NCBI GenBank assembly: GCA_964016885.1
Contig: OZ024742.1
Location: 363,382,001 to 363,446,000 of the forward strand
Length of the DNA stretch: 64,000 nucleotides
Direction: 5' to 3'
From: Eledone cirrhosa
Taxonomy: Eukaryota
Each line of letters begins with the position of its first letter. Within the stretch, counting starts at the first letter, position 1. Below the pieces are notes generated by a model, which had not been told where the DNA came from, did no database searches, and saw nothing but the letters and a program-made list of their open reading frames with translations. A program made the translations under genes and the position numbers. Below, piece by piece: positions 40,684 through 54,761 of the stretch.

Positions 40684-40728
40684 TAAATGGAAACTATATT
40701 TATAAAACCATATTTATTTTATTATATA

Positions 40729-41617
40729 CAGGCAGTGGTACCCGGCGTGGCACGGGATAAGGTATTTTGGAACGCGGGCCGCCAGCAGACGTAATCGTGG
40801 AAAAACTGCATGCCTGAACAATATGTAAGGAAAATAAACCGAATACTCTGATGGCTGGATAATCTTTAAGATTTTCTTCGATGAAGCAGGAAAATGCAGG
40901 TGTTCACCTAATGCGGGCCCTAGGAGATCAAGAAAATGAATTTTTTTATGTGCATAATATGCTTGGAAATTTCGGAAAAATCGGCTAGACGTAACGCCTC
41001 CAAAAAGCCCTAAAAGGCTGAAAAAATGAATTCTTTCACCTAATGGTCCTAGGCCAGAAAAAGTTGGATTTTCTTTGCTCACGGTATGAAGCAGAGACTG
41101 GCTAATACATAGTTACAATTTCAAGGAAATCGGTCTGATGTAACACCTCAAAAAACCCTAAAAAGCTTTAAAAACGCAGCTTTTCACCTAATGCGGGCCC
41201 TAGGAGATCAAAATGTTGAATTCCCTGAAAGATAAGAAATATACATGTAAAGTTTGAAAGAAATCGGTTGGGTACTTCTCGAGTTTGGGGATTCAAACTC
41301 ACAGACACGTACACACAGACAGACATCCTCAGGGAAGTGACGTAATGCAGACAGCTAGACATACAGACAGATATTATAAGGGCGCGTCGTTATATGTATG
41401 TATCTATCTAAAAAGAGAAAGACTAAGAATTATAGAGAGAGATCGCTAAATCGCCTAATGCGGTCCCTAGGGCATTGAACATTTGAAATTTTCTGTGCTC
41501 AGAATACTCCCTGAAACATAAGTATTACATGTGTAAGGTTTGAAAACTGTCGGTTGGGCGGTTCTCGAGTTTTAGGGATTCAAACTCACACACACACAGA
41601 CAGACATCCTCAGTTTT
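40729..41617 (+). mobile_element. Non-autonomous Helitron/Helentron-like element with internal subrepeats
   Basis: 5' hairpin cccggcgtggcacggg; repeated cacctaatgcgggccctagg; 3' aaatcggttgg...ttctcgagtt...acagacagacatcctcagttttatata; splits the left arm of a palindrome at a TA tract. Confidence 0.6.
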
Positions 41618-41809
41618 ATATATATATATATATATATATATTTCAAGGGTATCAAAACACTTTGGTACGCTTTCTTCAGATAAAATACAAACTTTGTTTT
41701 ATAAATAGATTCATACCCAGGAAAATCATACCTTATCAGTTGGATGGGAATATCCAACTGATAAGGTATGATTTTCCTGGGTATGACTCTATTTATAAAA
41801 CAAACTTTG

Positions 41810-41872
41810 TATTTTATCTGAAGAAAGCGTACCAAAGTGTTTTGGTACCCTTGAAATATATATAATAAAATA
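41810..41872 (+). ncRNA. Type I hammerhead ribozyme (inverted copy ~41630-41688)
   Basis: TATTTTAT CTGAAGA AAGCGTACCAAA gtgt TTTGGTACCCTT GAAA TATATA TA ATAAAATA; 8-bp stem I. Confidence 0.85.
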
Positions 41873-42037
41873 AATATGGTTTTATAAATATAGTTTCCAT
41901 TTATTTAATATCATTGAATGTTTACTCCAGGAAACTGTTGAGTGCTCTAAATCAGTTATAAACATTTATATTTATATTCGTCGGATTTCCAACAAATTAA
42001 ATATCCCTTCTCCTTATATATATCTATATATATATAT

Positions 42038-42222
42038 AACAAAGGAAATGTGGTAAGGAACCAGGTGGACCATAACGCACCAAAGTACTCAATACTTAGG
42101 GTAGTAGAGTGGGTAATAGGAACGAGTAGGACTCCGACGGCTGAGCTCAAGCCGTTTCGACGGCTAAATCCAGAATTAGCCGTCGAAACGGCTTGAGCTC
42201 AGCCGTCGGGGTCCTACTCGTT

Positions 42223-42227
<5 letters not shown>
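42038..42227 (-). mobile_element. Short fold-back element carrying a hammerhead 3' half (family also at ~8185-8330, 38665-38775, 47520-47710)
   Basis: GAAA CGGCT tgagctc AGCCG TC GGGG; hairpin 42116-42227; shared tail ccctaagtattgagtactttggtgcgttatg. Confidence 0.75.
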
Positions 42228-42261
<34 letters not shown>

Positions 42262-42548
42262 AGAAGAGATATTTAATTTTTTCGCGGCATTTTCTAACAT
42301 GAATGTAGTTTGACCTTTACACTACACTTCTTTCTCCCTTTCTTTCTTTCTTCCCCTTCTTCTTTGACGGAGTGGTGGTAGTACGTTATAAGCCTTTGCC
42401 AGATATTCACCGGTAGTTTTCAGTTGCCAACACTTTGAGGGCGGCTGGCTGCGAAGCTAGTTGGTCAGCCGTCCTATCTGTCTCTGGTTTCTCGGACCCA
42501 TGGTTTTTCGGACCCATAGCTTTTTATATATTCCTTTGTTATATTTTA

Positions 42549-42606
42549 ATACCTGATGATATCACCGGATTCATATGGAACCCGGTCATTGAAATGATCA
42601 TAGTAT
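42549..42606 (+). ncRNA. Type I hammerhead ribozyme
   Basis: ATAC CTGATGA TATC ACCGG attcatatggaac CCGGT CATT GAAA TGATCA TA GTAT. Confidence 0.8.
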
Positions 42607-42738
42607 AATAAACCTTTCAAGGATTTACACCAGTCCAGCCTCCTGTTATTTCATTTATATATATATATATAAATATATATATAAATCAGGAAAGAAGGTT
42701 TACATGGTTTGCTATACAAAAAAGTTTTTAATCACATA

Positions 42739-42844
42739 GCTTACATTTGTTTCACTGAACTGGTATGTCTAGAGATCGCTATCCGCTTAATTTTGCGTTA
42801 CTCGATCGCCAATACAGAATTATAACCAGTCAGATCTTCGGAGC
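42739..42844 (-). ncRNA. Type I hammerhead with an 81-nt stem II insert and a CCGAAGA core
   Basis: rc: GCT CCGAAGA T CTGACTGGT...ACCAGTTCAG T GAAA CAAATG TA AGC. Confidence 0.65.
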
Positions 42845-43802
42845 ATGCGAGAATGAAGAAAATACACAGGCAAGAAAAGAAAAGAAAATATGGAGTAGTT
42901 ATGGCATTCAATTAGAACAATAACAACAATTACAACAATGCTATCAATAAACTATTTAAGGAGACCCTGACATTACTTAGGTGGGGGGTATATAATGTAT
43001 CTAATGTTACGGCGTGAAAACCAGCTGTCATAAGGCAAAAAGTATCGTAGTGTGTATCAATTTTAAATTATAAAGATAAGCTAGTTTTTACAGTCTTTCT
43101 CTTCATCTTCAACAGTATACATGAGTGGGACCACTGTCAAAGCTCAATAGTTGTAGAGTTAATACAGAGGTTAACGAATTAATATACTCATATATCTACG
43201 CACACACACACACATACACACACACACACACATATGTGTATATATATTTATATATATATATGTGTACATAGACACATACATACACATCAATATACACTCG
43301 TACAAAAATATACATACATGCAAAGAGAAAAGCGTGCTAATTGTAATTATGGCAAAAAGAAGGTAAAGTAACATTGTAGTAGTGAAATGAGAAAAACTAG
43401 GATCTAGGATCAAATGATTGCAGCAGCTGAGAAGGAGTAAGATTGTTGGTAGATGAGGTACTTACAGACAATTGTGTGGTATAGACTTGTGAAGGAAATA
43501 GTATACTTGATGAATATATTTCTGTGGGTAGTAGGTATCCTAATTTAAAGCTATGTTATGTTGGTTCGATTCACGGAGGTTTGAATCTTATGAATTTAGT
43601 GGCTATTCTATGTCTGCAGAAGATAGATCTTTCTAACTTCTTATTAAGTAGCCTTTTAACATTTCTAAGGATATACAATAGCTCAAGATCACACATATAC
43701 ATACATACTTACATACATATATATATATACAATATATATATGCAATATATATATACAATATATATATACAATAGCTCAAGATCACACATATACATACATA
43801 CT

Positions 43803-43889
<87 letters not shown>

Positions 43890-44249
43890 CTCATGTAAGT
43901 ATGTATGTATATGTTCTATATATATATACACATATACATGTGTCCTCAACTCACTATCTTATAAAATGTATTAGTACCCTATACTATAATCAAATGTATA
44001 TGTACATATCAACTCTATCTATACTCTACTATCATCTCTATCTAACTCACTCTCTATATAATGTACTGTCAGTATGTATGTACTAGTACTCTATCTCACT
44101 ATATACACATCTCCATGTGCCTCTCTCATCTCTATCCAATGTACTCTGTACATCTAATATCTCTCACACTCACTATATACTCTATCTATCTCATATATAA
44201 ATGAAATAAACACTATATATAAATATAAGACACATGGACTGCTGTGCTG

Positions 44250-45501
44250 TTGCACATGGGTTACATATGAATAAAATTAGTCCTTCATCAGTGATCTTCC
44301 AACCTTCATTGGTATTTCATCGCTTTAAAAATCATATACCTCTGATTGGTGCGAGCAATAACTAAATAAAGTTATTGGGACACGTAAAATAGCGTGAGAC
44401 GAGCGAGACATGTAAACAAACAAAGATGGTATTGCAACGGAAAGATAGGAAGAGACATGATATCTGTTAGCTTAAGCTTGGTGAAATCATTGACGAGAGA
44501 TACAGACTATCCGACAGGGTGAGATGTGAGCGAGAAAAGGATTTCACACAGGTCAAACGGGAGGAAGTGAGAGACGGGAAGAAGCAGAGAGTGAGTGAGT
44601 GGAAGTATGAGGAAGAGGCTAGCCGAGAGAGAGTGTGACTGGCAGAGGGGGCAAAAAGAAGGTGAGATATACAGAGAGAGGGGAAGCAGTAAGAAAGAAA
44701 CAGAATCGCAGCTGAGGAAAAAATATAAATATAAGAAAAATGGGTTACATATGAATAAAATGAGTCCTTCATCGGTGATCTTGCAACCTTCATTGGTAAT
44801 CATGTACTTCTCTCTTCCTATCTTTCCGTTGCAATACCATCTTTGTTTGTTTACATATCTCGCTCGCTTCACACTATTTTACTTGTCCCAATAACGTTAT
44901 ATTTAGTTATTGCTCGCACCAACCAGAGGTATATGATTTTAAAACGATGAAATACCAATGAAGGTTGGAAGATCACTGATGAAGGACTAATTTTATTCAT
45001 ATGTAACCCATGTGCAACCACGCAGCACTCCATTTTTCTTATATTTATATTTTTTCCTCAGCTGCGATTGTCTGTTTCTTTCTTACTGCTTCCCCTCTCT
45101 CTGTATCTCTCACCTTCTTTTTACCCTCTCTGCCAGTCACACTCTACTCGGCTGGCCTCTTCCTCGCACTTCTACTCACTCACTCTCTGCTTCTTCCCGT
45201 CTTTCACTTCCTCCCGTTTGACCTGTGTGAAATCCTTTTCTCGCTCACATCTCACCCATGTCTGATGGTCTGTATCTCTCGTCCATGAATTCACCAAGCT
45301 TAAGCTTATAGATATCATGTACCTATCTCTTCCTATCTTTCCGCTGCAATACCATCTTTGTTTGTTTACATGTCTCGCTCGCTTCACGCTATTTTACTTG
45401 TCCCAATAACTTTATTTAGTTATTGCTCGCACCAACCAGAGGTATATGATTTTTAAAGCGATCAAATAACAATGAAGTTTGGAAGATCACTGATGAAGAA
45501 C

Positions 45502-45510
<9 letters not shown>
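44250..45510. mobile_element. Tandem plus inverted ~513-bp non-coding repeat with permuted-hammerhead motifs (family 1)
   Basis: Motif at 44281-44356 (-), 44914-44982 (+), 45427-45496 (+, degenerate); pyrimidine-rich spacer; 44250-44800 is inverted relative to 44950-45510. Confidence 0.8.
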
Positions 45511-45539
<29 letters not shown>

Positions 45540-46256
45540 AGGAACGATCGACTCTCGTCGAATCGGACCGAGGGAACAATGTTTCCGTTGGTCTTTCCAA
45601 TTGCTAATACTATCTATCGGTCGCAACTCCAGGTAGAAGGAGCAACGTGAAATAAAGTGTCTTGCTCAAGGACATAACGCATCGCCTGGTCCAGGAATCG
45701 AACTCACAACCTTACGATTGCGAATCCAATTCTCTATCCACTCCGCCACACGCCTATATATATATATATAGATATAGATATATATATATATATATATATA
45801 CAAACAGACATGGCGTTATTATAATTGATGTGTGAGATATGAAGGCAAACATAAACACCTACTCCTCGTCTGTTTAGAAGTTGGACGTGGTAAAGGTAGA
45901 CATAGAGAGGCTATTTCTTTTATTTTTCTTATCATCGTTATAATGTCGTTGCTGATGATGGAGGTGTATGTGTTTGGAAATCATTCAGAAAAAAGGCTGA
46001 TAATTTGAAAGAAAGCCTCTCCCTTTCTCCATCTAGGGATAGTAAAAAAAATGTAAAATATTGAGATTTATTTCAAATATTGTCGTACTTAATCATCATC
46101 AAAGAAAATTTTCACAAAGCATATGGTAAAAAAATGGAAGAAATATTTTAAATTATATGAATCATAAAAAATTATATCTCAATGAACCGGAGTGAGAGCC
46201 AGTTAGAGTAAAATGTTATACAAACACACAGTCAAACACATACATATATATATATG

Positions 46257-46361
<105 letters not shown>

Positions 46362-46664
46362 CTGTGTGTGTGTCTCTGTGTGTGTGTGTGTGTGTATCTG
46401 TGTGTGTGTCTGTGTGTGTGTCTGTGTGTACGTGTATTATATTCTGGAATAAATAGCTCGGTAATAATATTGATAAGGATGAGAGAATATAAAAATAATT
46501 TATATTTAACTTAATCACCTATATCAAGGTTGAGATTAAAGGTTGAACGACAAACTTTGATGTATAGTAATATAGGCAGGATAATTCAATCTGTATTTAT
46601 ATATTTATACACACATTATATATATATATATGTTTATATGTATATATATATATATGTATATATG

Positions 46665-46720
<56 letters not shown>

Positions 46721-46749
46721 TATGTATGTATATATATATGTATATATAT

Positions 46750-47352
46750 GTCAGGTCACCAGTTGGTGCTACTGGTAACATGTATCCCAGTACAACCTGT
46801 CTCATGGTCGAGTCGTTGGCGACTAAACTGGCAACCCCACCAAGGTTTCTTGGTGAGGAGGGTGACTTTGGACATCCTGCAGGACTAAAAACAAAACCTG
46901 TCAAAGGGCAAAGGAGCTCTTAAGAGTCAATGGCCATCCAAAATCACCGGGAGAGATGACCCCTTAGCCTTTGTCAAGGCAGAATTCTAGGAGAAGGAAA
47001 ACTCTGATATAACACCTGCAACCCTGATGGTATCCAATGATGTTGACTTGTTCTTCTTTTTGGTAAATATCATCTTGGTTAAGAGAGTGGGACTAGCTTT
47101 GTGCAGTGCCTTTCCACACTATAAAAGTTTCACGGCACAGGCATTGCTTATATCTGGAGATCTCTCTGCACTTGTCAGCACATGGTACCATGCACCCAGC
47201 ACTATGTGTCAATAATTGTCACAAGTGTAGCGTTTGTACCAGAGTTTTCAAGTCGCTGGCTGGACTAAAAATTCACACTCGTTCAGCGTATCGGTAGGGG
47301 TTCTCCTACATATAAAGTAGTCGCTGTACTCGAAAACGAGTTGGCAGCCACC
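46750..47352 (+). mobile_element. RTE-like internally deleted non-autonomous element
   Basis: RTE-type 5' motifs (ggcgactaaactggcaacccc; ggagaaggaaaactctgat) and a 3' C2H2 remnant [17 protein letters not shown], stem-loop actcgaaaacgagt, then a TA tail. Confidence 0.55.
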
Positions 47353-47986
47353 ATATATATATATACATATATGTATATATATATATATGTATATATATAT
47401 ATGTATGTATATATGTATATATATATATACATATATGTATATATATATATGTATATATATATATGTGTATATATGTATATATATATGTATACATGTATAT
47501 GTATATATATATATGTATATAACGAAGCAGTTGTGGTAAGGAACCAAGTGGCTCATAACGCACCAGAGTACTCAATACTTAGGGTAGTAGAGTGGGTAAT
47601 AGGAAAATGTATGACCCCGATGGCAGAGCTCAAGCCGTTTCGACGGCTATTTCTGGAGAAATACCCGTCGAAATGCTTGAGCTCTGCCGTCGGGGTCATA
47701 CTTTTTCTAATATATATATAATACATAGTAATAATAATAAATTTGAAGACTAAAATCCAAAGAGGGGTCGATAAGCAGAAATATATATCAAATATATAAG
47801 AACCGTAGAGCAAATCGAGTTTCAGAAGATCCCGTTAAGCGATTCTTTGCTTAAACTTTAATCTGTTATTTTAATAAATATATATATAATATAAATATAT
47901 ATATATATATATATATAATATAGTGAAAAATGGAACGGGAACAAAACATATGTATATATATGTAATATATATATATAATATATATG

Positions 47987-48037
<51 letters not shown>

Positions 48038-48048
48038 TAATATATATG

Positions 48049-48264
<216 letters not shown>

Positions 48265-48361
48265 CATATATATATATATATATATACATATATATATACA
48301 TATATATATATACATATATATATACATATATATATATATAAATATATACATAAATATATAC

Positions 48362-48434
<73 letters not shown>

Positions 48435-48903
48435 TAGATAGATAATTTAATATATCAACTAACATAAGCGCACAGATGCACGCCCATGCTAGCAAATACA
48501 CAGGTTATGTCATAGGACCTAGGTGGTTCAATGCAGGAGAATGCAGAACAACCTGTGTATTTGCTAGCATGGGCGTGCATCTGTGAGCTTATGTTAGTTG
48601 ATATATTAAATTATCTATATTTATCTCCAAATCACTGATTTGTCGAGCAAACTTGCCAAAACCACTTTTAAAAAAATTTTTTTTGGGGTGTTAGTAGGCG
48701 TCAGTCATCTTACCATCCCATTCCTTCTAACTAGCCTCTGTGTCACGTGATTGATTCTTTAGAATCGGCCATTTGACTTGAAGCAGTGAGAATTTCGGTA
48801 CATAGAATCCAGTCCTCGCAAGCTGTTCGATCTACCGAATTATTATTATTTTTATATGAGCCGCCAGTGTCCGCGCATTGCCTGGAGACTTAACTGAGAA
48901 TAG

Positions 48904-48985
48904 ACTCCCTGATGACGCAATGAATTCTCGACAGTTGGACTACGTAACTGTCTTTATCCCATTGCAGAAACTAATTAGTTGGAGT
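48904..48985 (+). ncRNA. Type I hammerhead with an extended two-part stem II, in a fold-back element (48437-49056)
   Basis: ACTCC CTGATGA C GCAATG..GACAGTT..AACTGTC..CATTGC A GAAA CTAATTAG TT GGAGT. Confidence 0.85.
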
Positions 48986-49053
48986 GAAAATTTATGTAAG
49001 TCAAAAATATTAAAAAAAAATTTTTTTTAAAAGATATTTTCTTATTTTACGTC

Positions 49054-49120
<67 letters not shown>

Positions 49121-49911
49121 CGTGTGTGTGTGTGTGTGTGTGCGTGTGTACATGAATATATATATATGTATATATATATATATATGTGTGTCTGTGTGTT
49201 TGTGTGTATGAGGAGGCAGAGATAGCGATGGAGAAATAGATAGACAGATATGATAAAGCAAAAAAGATTGGTAATCTATTTAATGGAGATTTAATTCTTA
49301 TTTCTAGCAAATGAACGATCATTGTAAAACTCCTAATATTTTAAATTATTTCTCCTCACAGAGCATGTCGATACATACAGATCGATGAAATATTTACTTT
49401 GATCTGTATGTATCGACTTAAGCAATTTGATTTTACCCCATGATGGAAGCGGTAGAGTCATTGAAACCAGGAGAATATTTAAGAATACATGATAATGCTT
49501 TCCGTCAGTTCTGACGAGGAGTATTCCAGTGCAATAAATGGAAGATCATTCCTGGGAGTTGAAAAGTTCCTGGTTTTGTGTAAAAGAAAAGAGAGGAGGA
49601 TCAGTTAATTCTGATTGTTTTCAACATATTCCCCTCTCAGATTAACAGACTTTAGCGGTCCTCCCATGTAAACATAACGACTCTACCCGAAATATCCTTA
49701 AGACAGGAACATTCTTGTAAATGCCGAGCATTCCACGAACACGTGTATTTTTAATTAATTTCTCAGTAGCGTACAGATTGATACAGAGTATCGCAAAGCT
49801 GGTAATATTACAGGTACAACTTATTTCATTTTCTACCTGAATAAATAGCAGCATCGGGAAATATATTGTCTTTGTGAAGGACCTGAAGCTTCGCCGGGCG
49901 TCTCAATCACA

Positions 49912-52413
49912 TCTGTATGATTGTAAGTAGAACGCCAATCGCAACTGTATGATAGTATGTAGAACACCAATCACAACTGTATGATAGTATGTAGAACAAT
50001 CATAACTGTGTCATAGTAAGTAGAACACCAATAACATCTGTATGATATTATGTAGAACACCAATCATAACTGTGTCATAGTAAGTAGAACACCAATCATA
50101 ACTGTGTGATTGTAAGTAGAACACCCAACACAACTGTATGATAGTAAGTAGAAAACCAATCATAACTGTATGATAGTAAGTAGAACACCAATTATAACTG
50201 TATGATTGTAAGTATAACACCAATCACAACTGTATGATAGTAAGTAGAACACCAATCACAACTGTATGATAGTAAGTAGAACACCATTTATAACTGTATG
50301 ATAGTAAGTAGAACACCAATCACAACTGTATGATAGTAAGTAGAACACCAATCACAACTGTATGATAGTAAGTAGAACACCAATTACAACTGTGTCATAG
50401 TAAGTAGAACACCAATCATAACTGTATGACAGTAAGTAGAACACCAATCATAACTGTATGATAGTAAGTAGAACACCAATCACAACTGTGTCATAGTAAG
50501 TAGAGCACCAATCATAACTGTATGACAGTAAGTAAAACACCAATCATAACTGTATGATAGTAAGTAGAACACCATTTATAACTGTGTCATAGTAAGTAGA
50601 ACACATATCATAACGGTGTCATAGTATGTAGAACACCAATCACATCTGTGTCATAGTAAGTAGAACAGCATTCATAACTGTGTCATAGTAAGTAGAACAC
50701 CAATCATAACTGTGTCATAGTAAGTAGAACGCCAATCATAACTGTATGACAGTAAGTAGAACACCAATCATAACTGTATGATAGTAAGTAGAACACCATT
50801 TATAACTGTGTCATAGTAAGTAGAACACCAATCATAACTGTATGATAGTAACTAGAAAACCATTTATAACTGTGTCATAGTAAGTAGAACACCAATAACA
50901 TCTGTATGATATTATGTAGAACACCAATCATAACTGTGTCATAGTAAGTAGAACACCAATCATAACTGTATGATAGTAAGTAGAACACCAATAATAACTG
51001 TATGATAGTAAGTAGAACACCAATCACAACTGTATGATAGTAAGTAGAACACCATTTATAACTGTCATAGTAAGTAGAACACATATCATAACTGTGTCAT
51101 AGTAAGTAGAACACCAATCATAACTGTGTCATAGTAAGTAGAACACCAATCATAACTGTGTCATAATAAGTAGAACACCAATCATAACAGTATGATAGTA
51201 AGTAGAACACCAATCATAACTGTGTCATAGTATGTAGAACACCATAACAACTGTGTCATAGTAAGTAGAACACCATTTATAACTGTGTCATAGTAAGTAG
51301 AACATCAATCATAACTGTGTCATAGTATGTAGAACACCAATCATAACTGTGTCATAGTATGTAGAACACCAATCATAACTGTGTCATAGTATGTAGAACA
51401 CCAATCATAACTGTGTCATAGTATGTAGAACACCATCACAACTGTGTCATAGTAAGTAGAACACCATCACAACTGTGTCATAGTATGTAGAACACCAATC
51501 ATAACTGTGTCATAGTATGTAGAACACCATCACAACTGTGTCATAGTATGTAGAACACCAATCATAACTGTGTCATAGTATGTAGAACACCAATCATAAC
51601 TGTGTCATAGTATGTAGAACACCATCACAACTGTGTCATAGTATGTAGAACACCAATCATAACTGTGTCATAGTATGTAGAACACCATCACAACTGTGTC
51701 ATAGTAAGTAGAACACCATCACAACTGCGTCATAGTATGTAGAACACCAATCATAACTGTGTCATAGTATGTAGAACACCATCACAACTGTGTCATAGTA
51801 TGTAGAACACCAATCATAACTGTGTCATAGTATGTAGAACACCATCACAACTGTGTCATAGTAAGTAGAACACCATTTATAACTGTGTCATAGTAAGTAG
51901 AACACCAATCATAACTGTGTCATAGTATGTAGAACACCAATCATAACTGTGTCATAGTATGTAGAACACCATCACAACTGTGTCATAGTAAGTAGAACAC
52001 CAATCATAACTGTGTCATAGTATGTAGAACACCAATCATAACTGTGTCATAGTATGTAGAACACCATCACAACTGTGTCATAGTATGTAGAACACCATTT
52101 ATAACTGTGTCATAGTATGTAGAACACCATCACAACTGTGTCATAGTATGTAGAACACCAATCATAACTGTGTCATAGTATGTAGAACACCATCACAACT
52201 GTGTCATAGTATGTAGAACACCAATCATAACTGTGTCATAGTATGTAGAACACCATCACAACTGTGTCATAGTAAGTAGAACACCATTTATAACTGTGTC
52301 ATAGTAAGTAGAACACCAATCATAACTGTGTCATAGTATGTAGAACACCAATCATAACTGTGTCATAGTAAGTAGAACACCATCACAACTGTGTCATAGT
52401 AAGTAGAACACCA
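49912..52413. repeat. 31-32-bp minisatellite array
   Basis: Unit AGTAAGTAGAACACCAATCATAACTGTGTCAT and variants, head to tail with no spacers. Confidence 0.97.
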
Positions 52414-52579
52414 AGATACTGAGAAGTTATTGAAATCAGAAAGGAATGTTGTTGAAATGAATATTCTCAAAACACCAACTAAACGGCTGTCAACACCGCA
52501 CTTCTAGTATTATTATAATCAATTCTTCATGTGTGTATATATGTAAGCATATATGTGTTTTTGTGAGTATATATATATA

Positions 52580-53310
<731 letters not shown>

Positions 53311-53344
53311 ATATATATGCGTTTGCCAGTATATAAATAAATAA

Positions 53345-53454
<110 letters not shown>

Positions 53455-54174
53455 ATAATAGCTTTCACCGTATTTTTTGACTAAAGAAATCACATCATGT
53501 GATGTGTTGGTGTAAATGGTAGCACAGTGGTCTGGATAACCAAAGATGTGGGTTCGTCTCCCATGTACGTTAATACTCATCTTTTTCCATTTATCTGAGG
53601 GTTCTAAACCCCATTATCAGACTAAAATTTCTTTAGTAAAAAAATACGGTGAAAGCTATTCTATTTTCTAATTTCAAACCTGCTCACTGTTTTAAAACAT
53701 ATTTACTAGTCATATATATATATATATATATATATTTTACAAAGCGAAACTGATCAGTAAGGGCCACTAGGAGAGGTAAATATTTATATTATATTTTTTA
53801 ATGTATTTTAAAGAATTGATTGGATTTTACTTGCTCTGCTTATCTTAATATTAAAGTTCTGGTGTATCAAATTAATACCATTGAACAACCTTGAATCATA
53901 GACAACCTATGTATTTCTAGGGGTACCTAGTATCCTTGGACATATTAACTTCATTCATTATACTCCTCCATTATGTTGAGAACAAATCTGTTGTTCTATT
54001 TAGCTGCTATTTTTTTTAGTAGTAATTGTAGACAGCAAGTCTTTGATTTTCCCGCTTTTACTTCGGTCCAGTTTACATACGGGTCACTTTTACGACCTTT
54101 CAGACCTTTATTTGCTGGCAGGGGGTCATATATTTTGTCGTTCTTGGGACGTTTAGCTCTAGGAAAGGAAAATG

Positions 54175-54255
54175 CTTCTCTGATGAGCTTTGGTTTTCCA
54201 TCAGAAATCCATCGGATTTATGAGGTTTTACAAAGCGAAACTGATGAGTAAGGGC
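54175..54255 (+). ncRNA. Type I hammerhead with a long stem II; partial direct repeat at 53736-53850
   Basis: CTTCT CTGATGA GCTTTG...AAATCC atc GGATTT...CAAAGC GAAA CTGAT(G/C)AG TA AGGG. Confidence 0.75.
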
Positions 54256-54631
54256 CACTAGGAGAGGTAAATATTTATATTATATTTTTTAATGTATTTT
54301 AAAGAATTGATTGAATTTTACTTGTTCTGCTTATCTTAATATATATATATATTAATATAGAAAAGCTTCTACAGGACTAGATCTGTTTCATTCGTGAGAA
54401 ATCATATATTTAAGAGATAAACAAGGATTTATATTCCAATTTGAACCTGTTTACAGTATTCTTTCTGCCTTTGTCATTCTTAATATAAATTATAGCTTTA
54501 AAGAATTAGCTTGTAATGAATGAACTCCCTTTTCTTTAAATCCATCAATCAATGACCTCCACTCTTCCCAATCTCCACCCTCTTCTACCACCAGAAAAGA
54601 TATAAATACCACCACATTTACTTGGACAATC

Positions 54632-54682
54632 AGCTTCCTGATGATTTCTCCCGAATGAAACAGTTCTAGACCTGCGGAAGCT
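54632..54682 (+). ncRNA. Type I hammerhead with a mutated cleavage triplet; the inverted partial copy at 54364-54404 retains GTA
   Basis: AGCTTC CTGATGA TTTCTCCCGAAT GAAA CAG ttctagac CTG CG GAAGCT. Confidence 0.65.
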
Positions 54683-54761
54683 TTTCTATATTAAAACACT
54701 TATACTCTGCTATGTATTGAGTACCTTACTTTCTGTGGTTATATATATATATATATATATA

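Noticed and set aside
46755-46900. HDV-like ribozyme in the RTE-like 5' region (GGTCACC/GGTGACT pairing)
   Set aside because: Could not assign P2, P3 and P1.1 by eye, so it is unsupported
49912-52413. CRISPR-like 32-bp periodicity
   Set aside because: Units are contiguous with no unique spacers, there are no cas genes, and the context is eukaryotic
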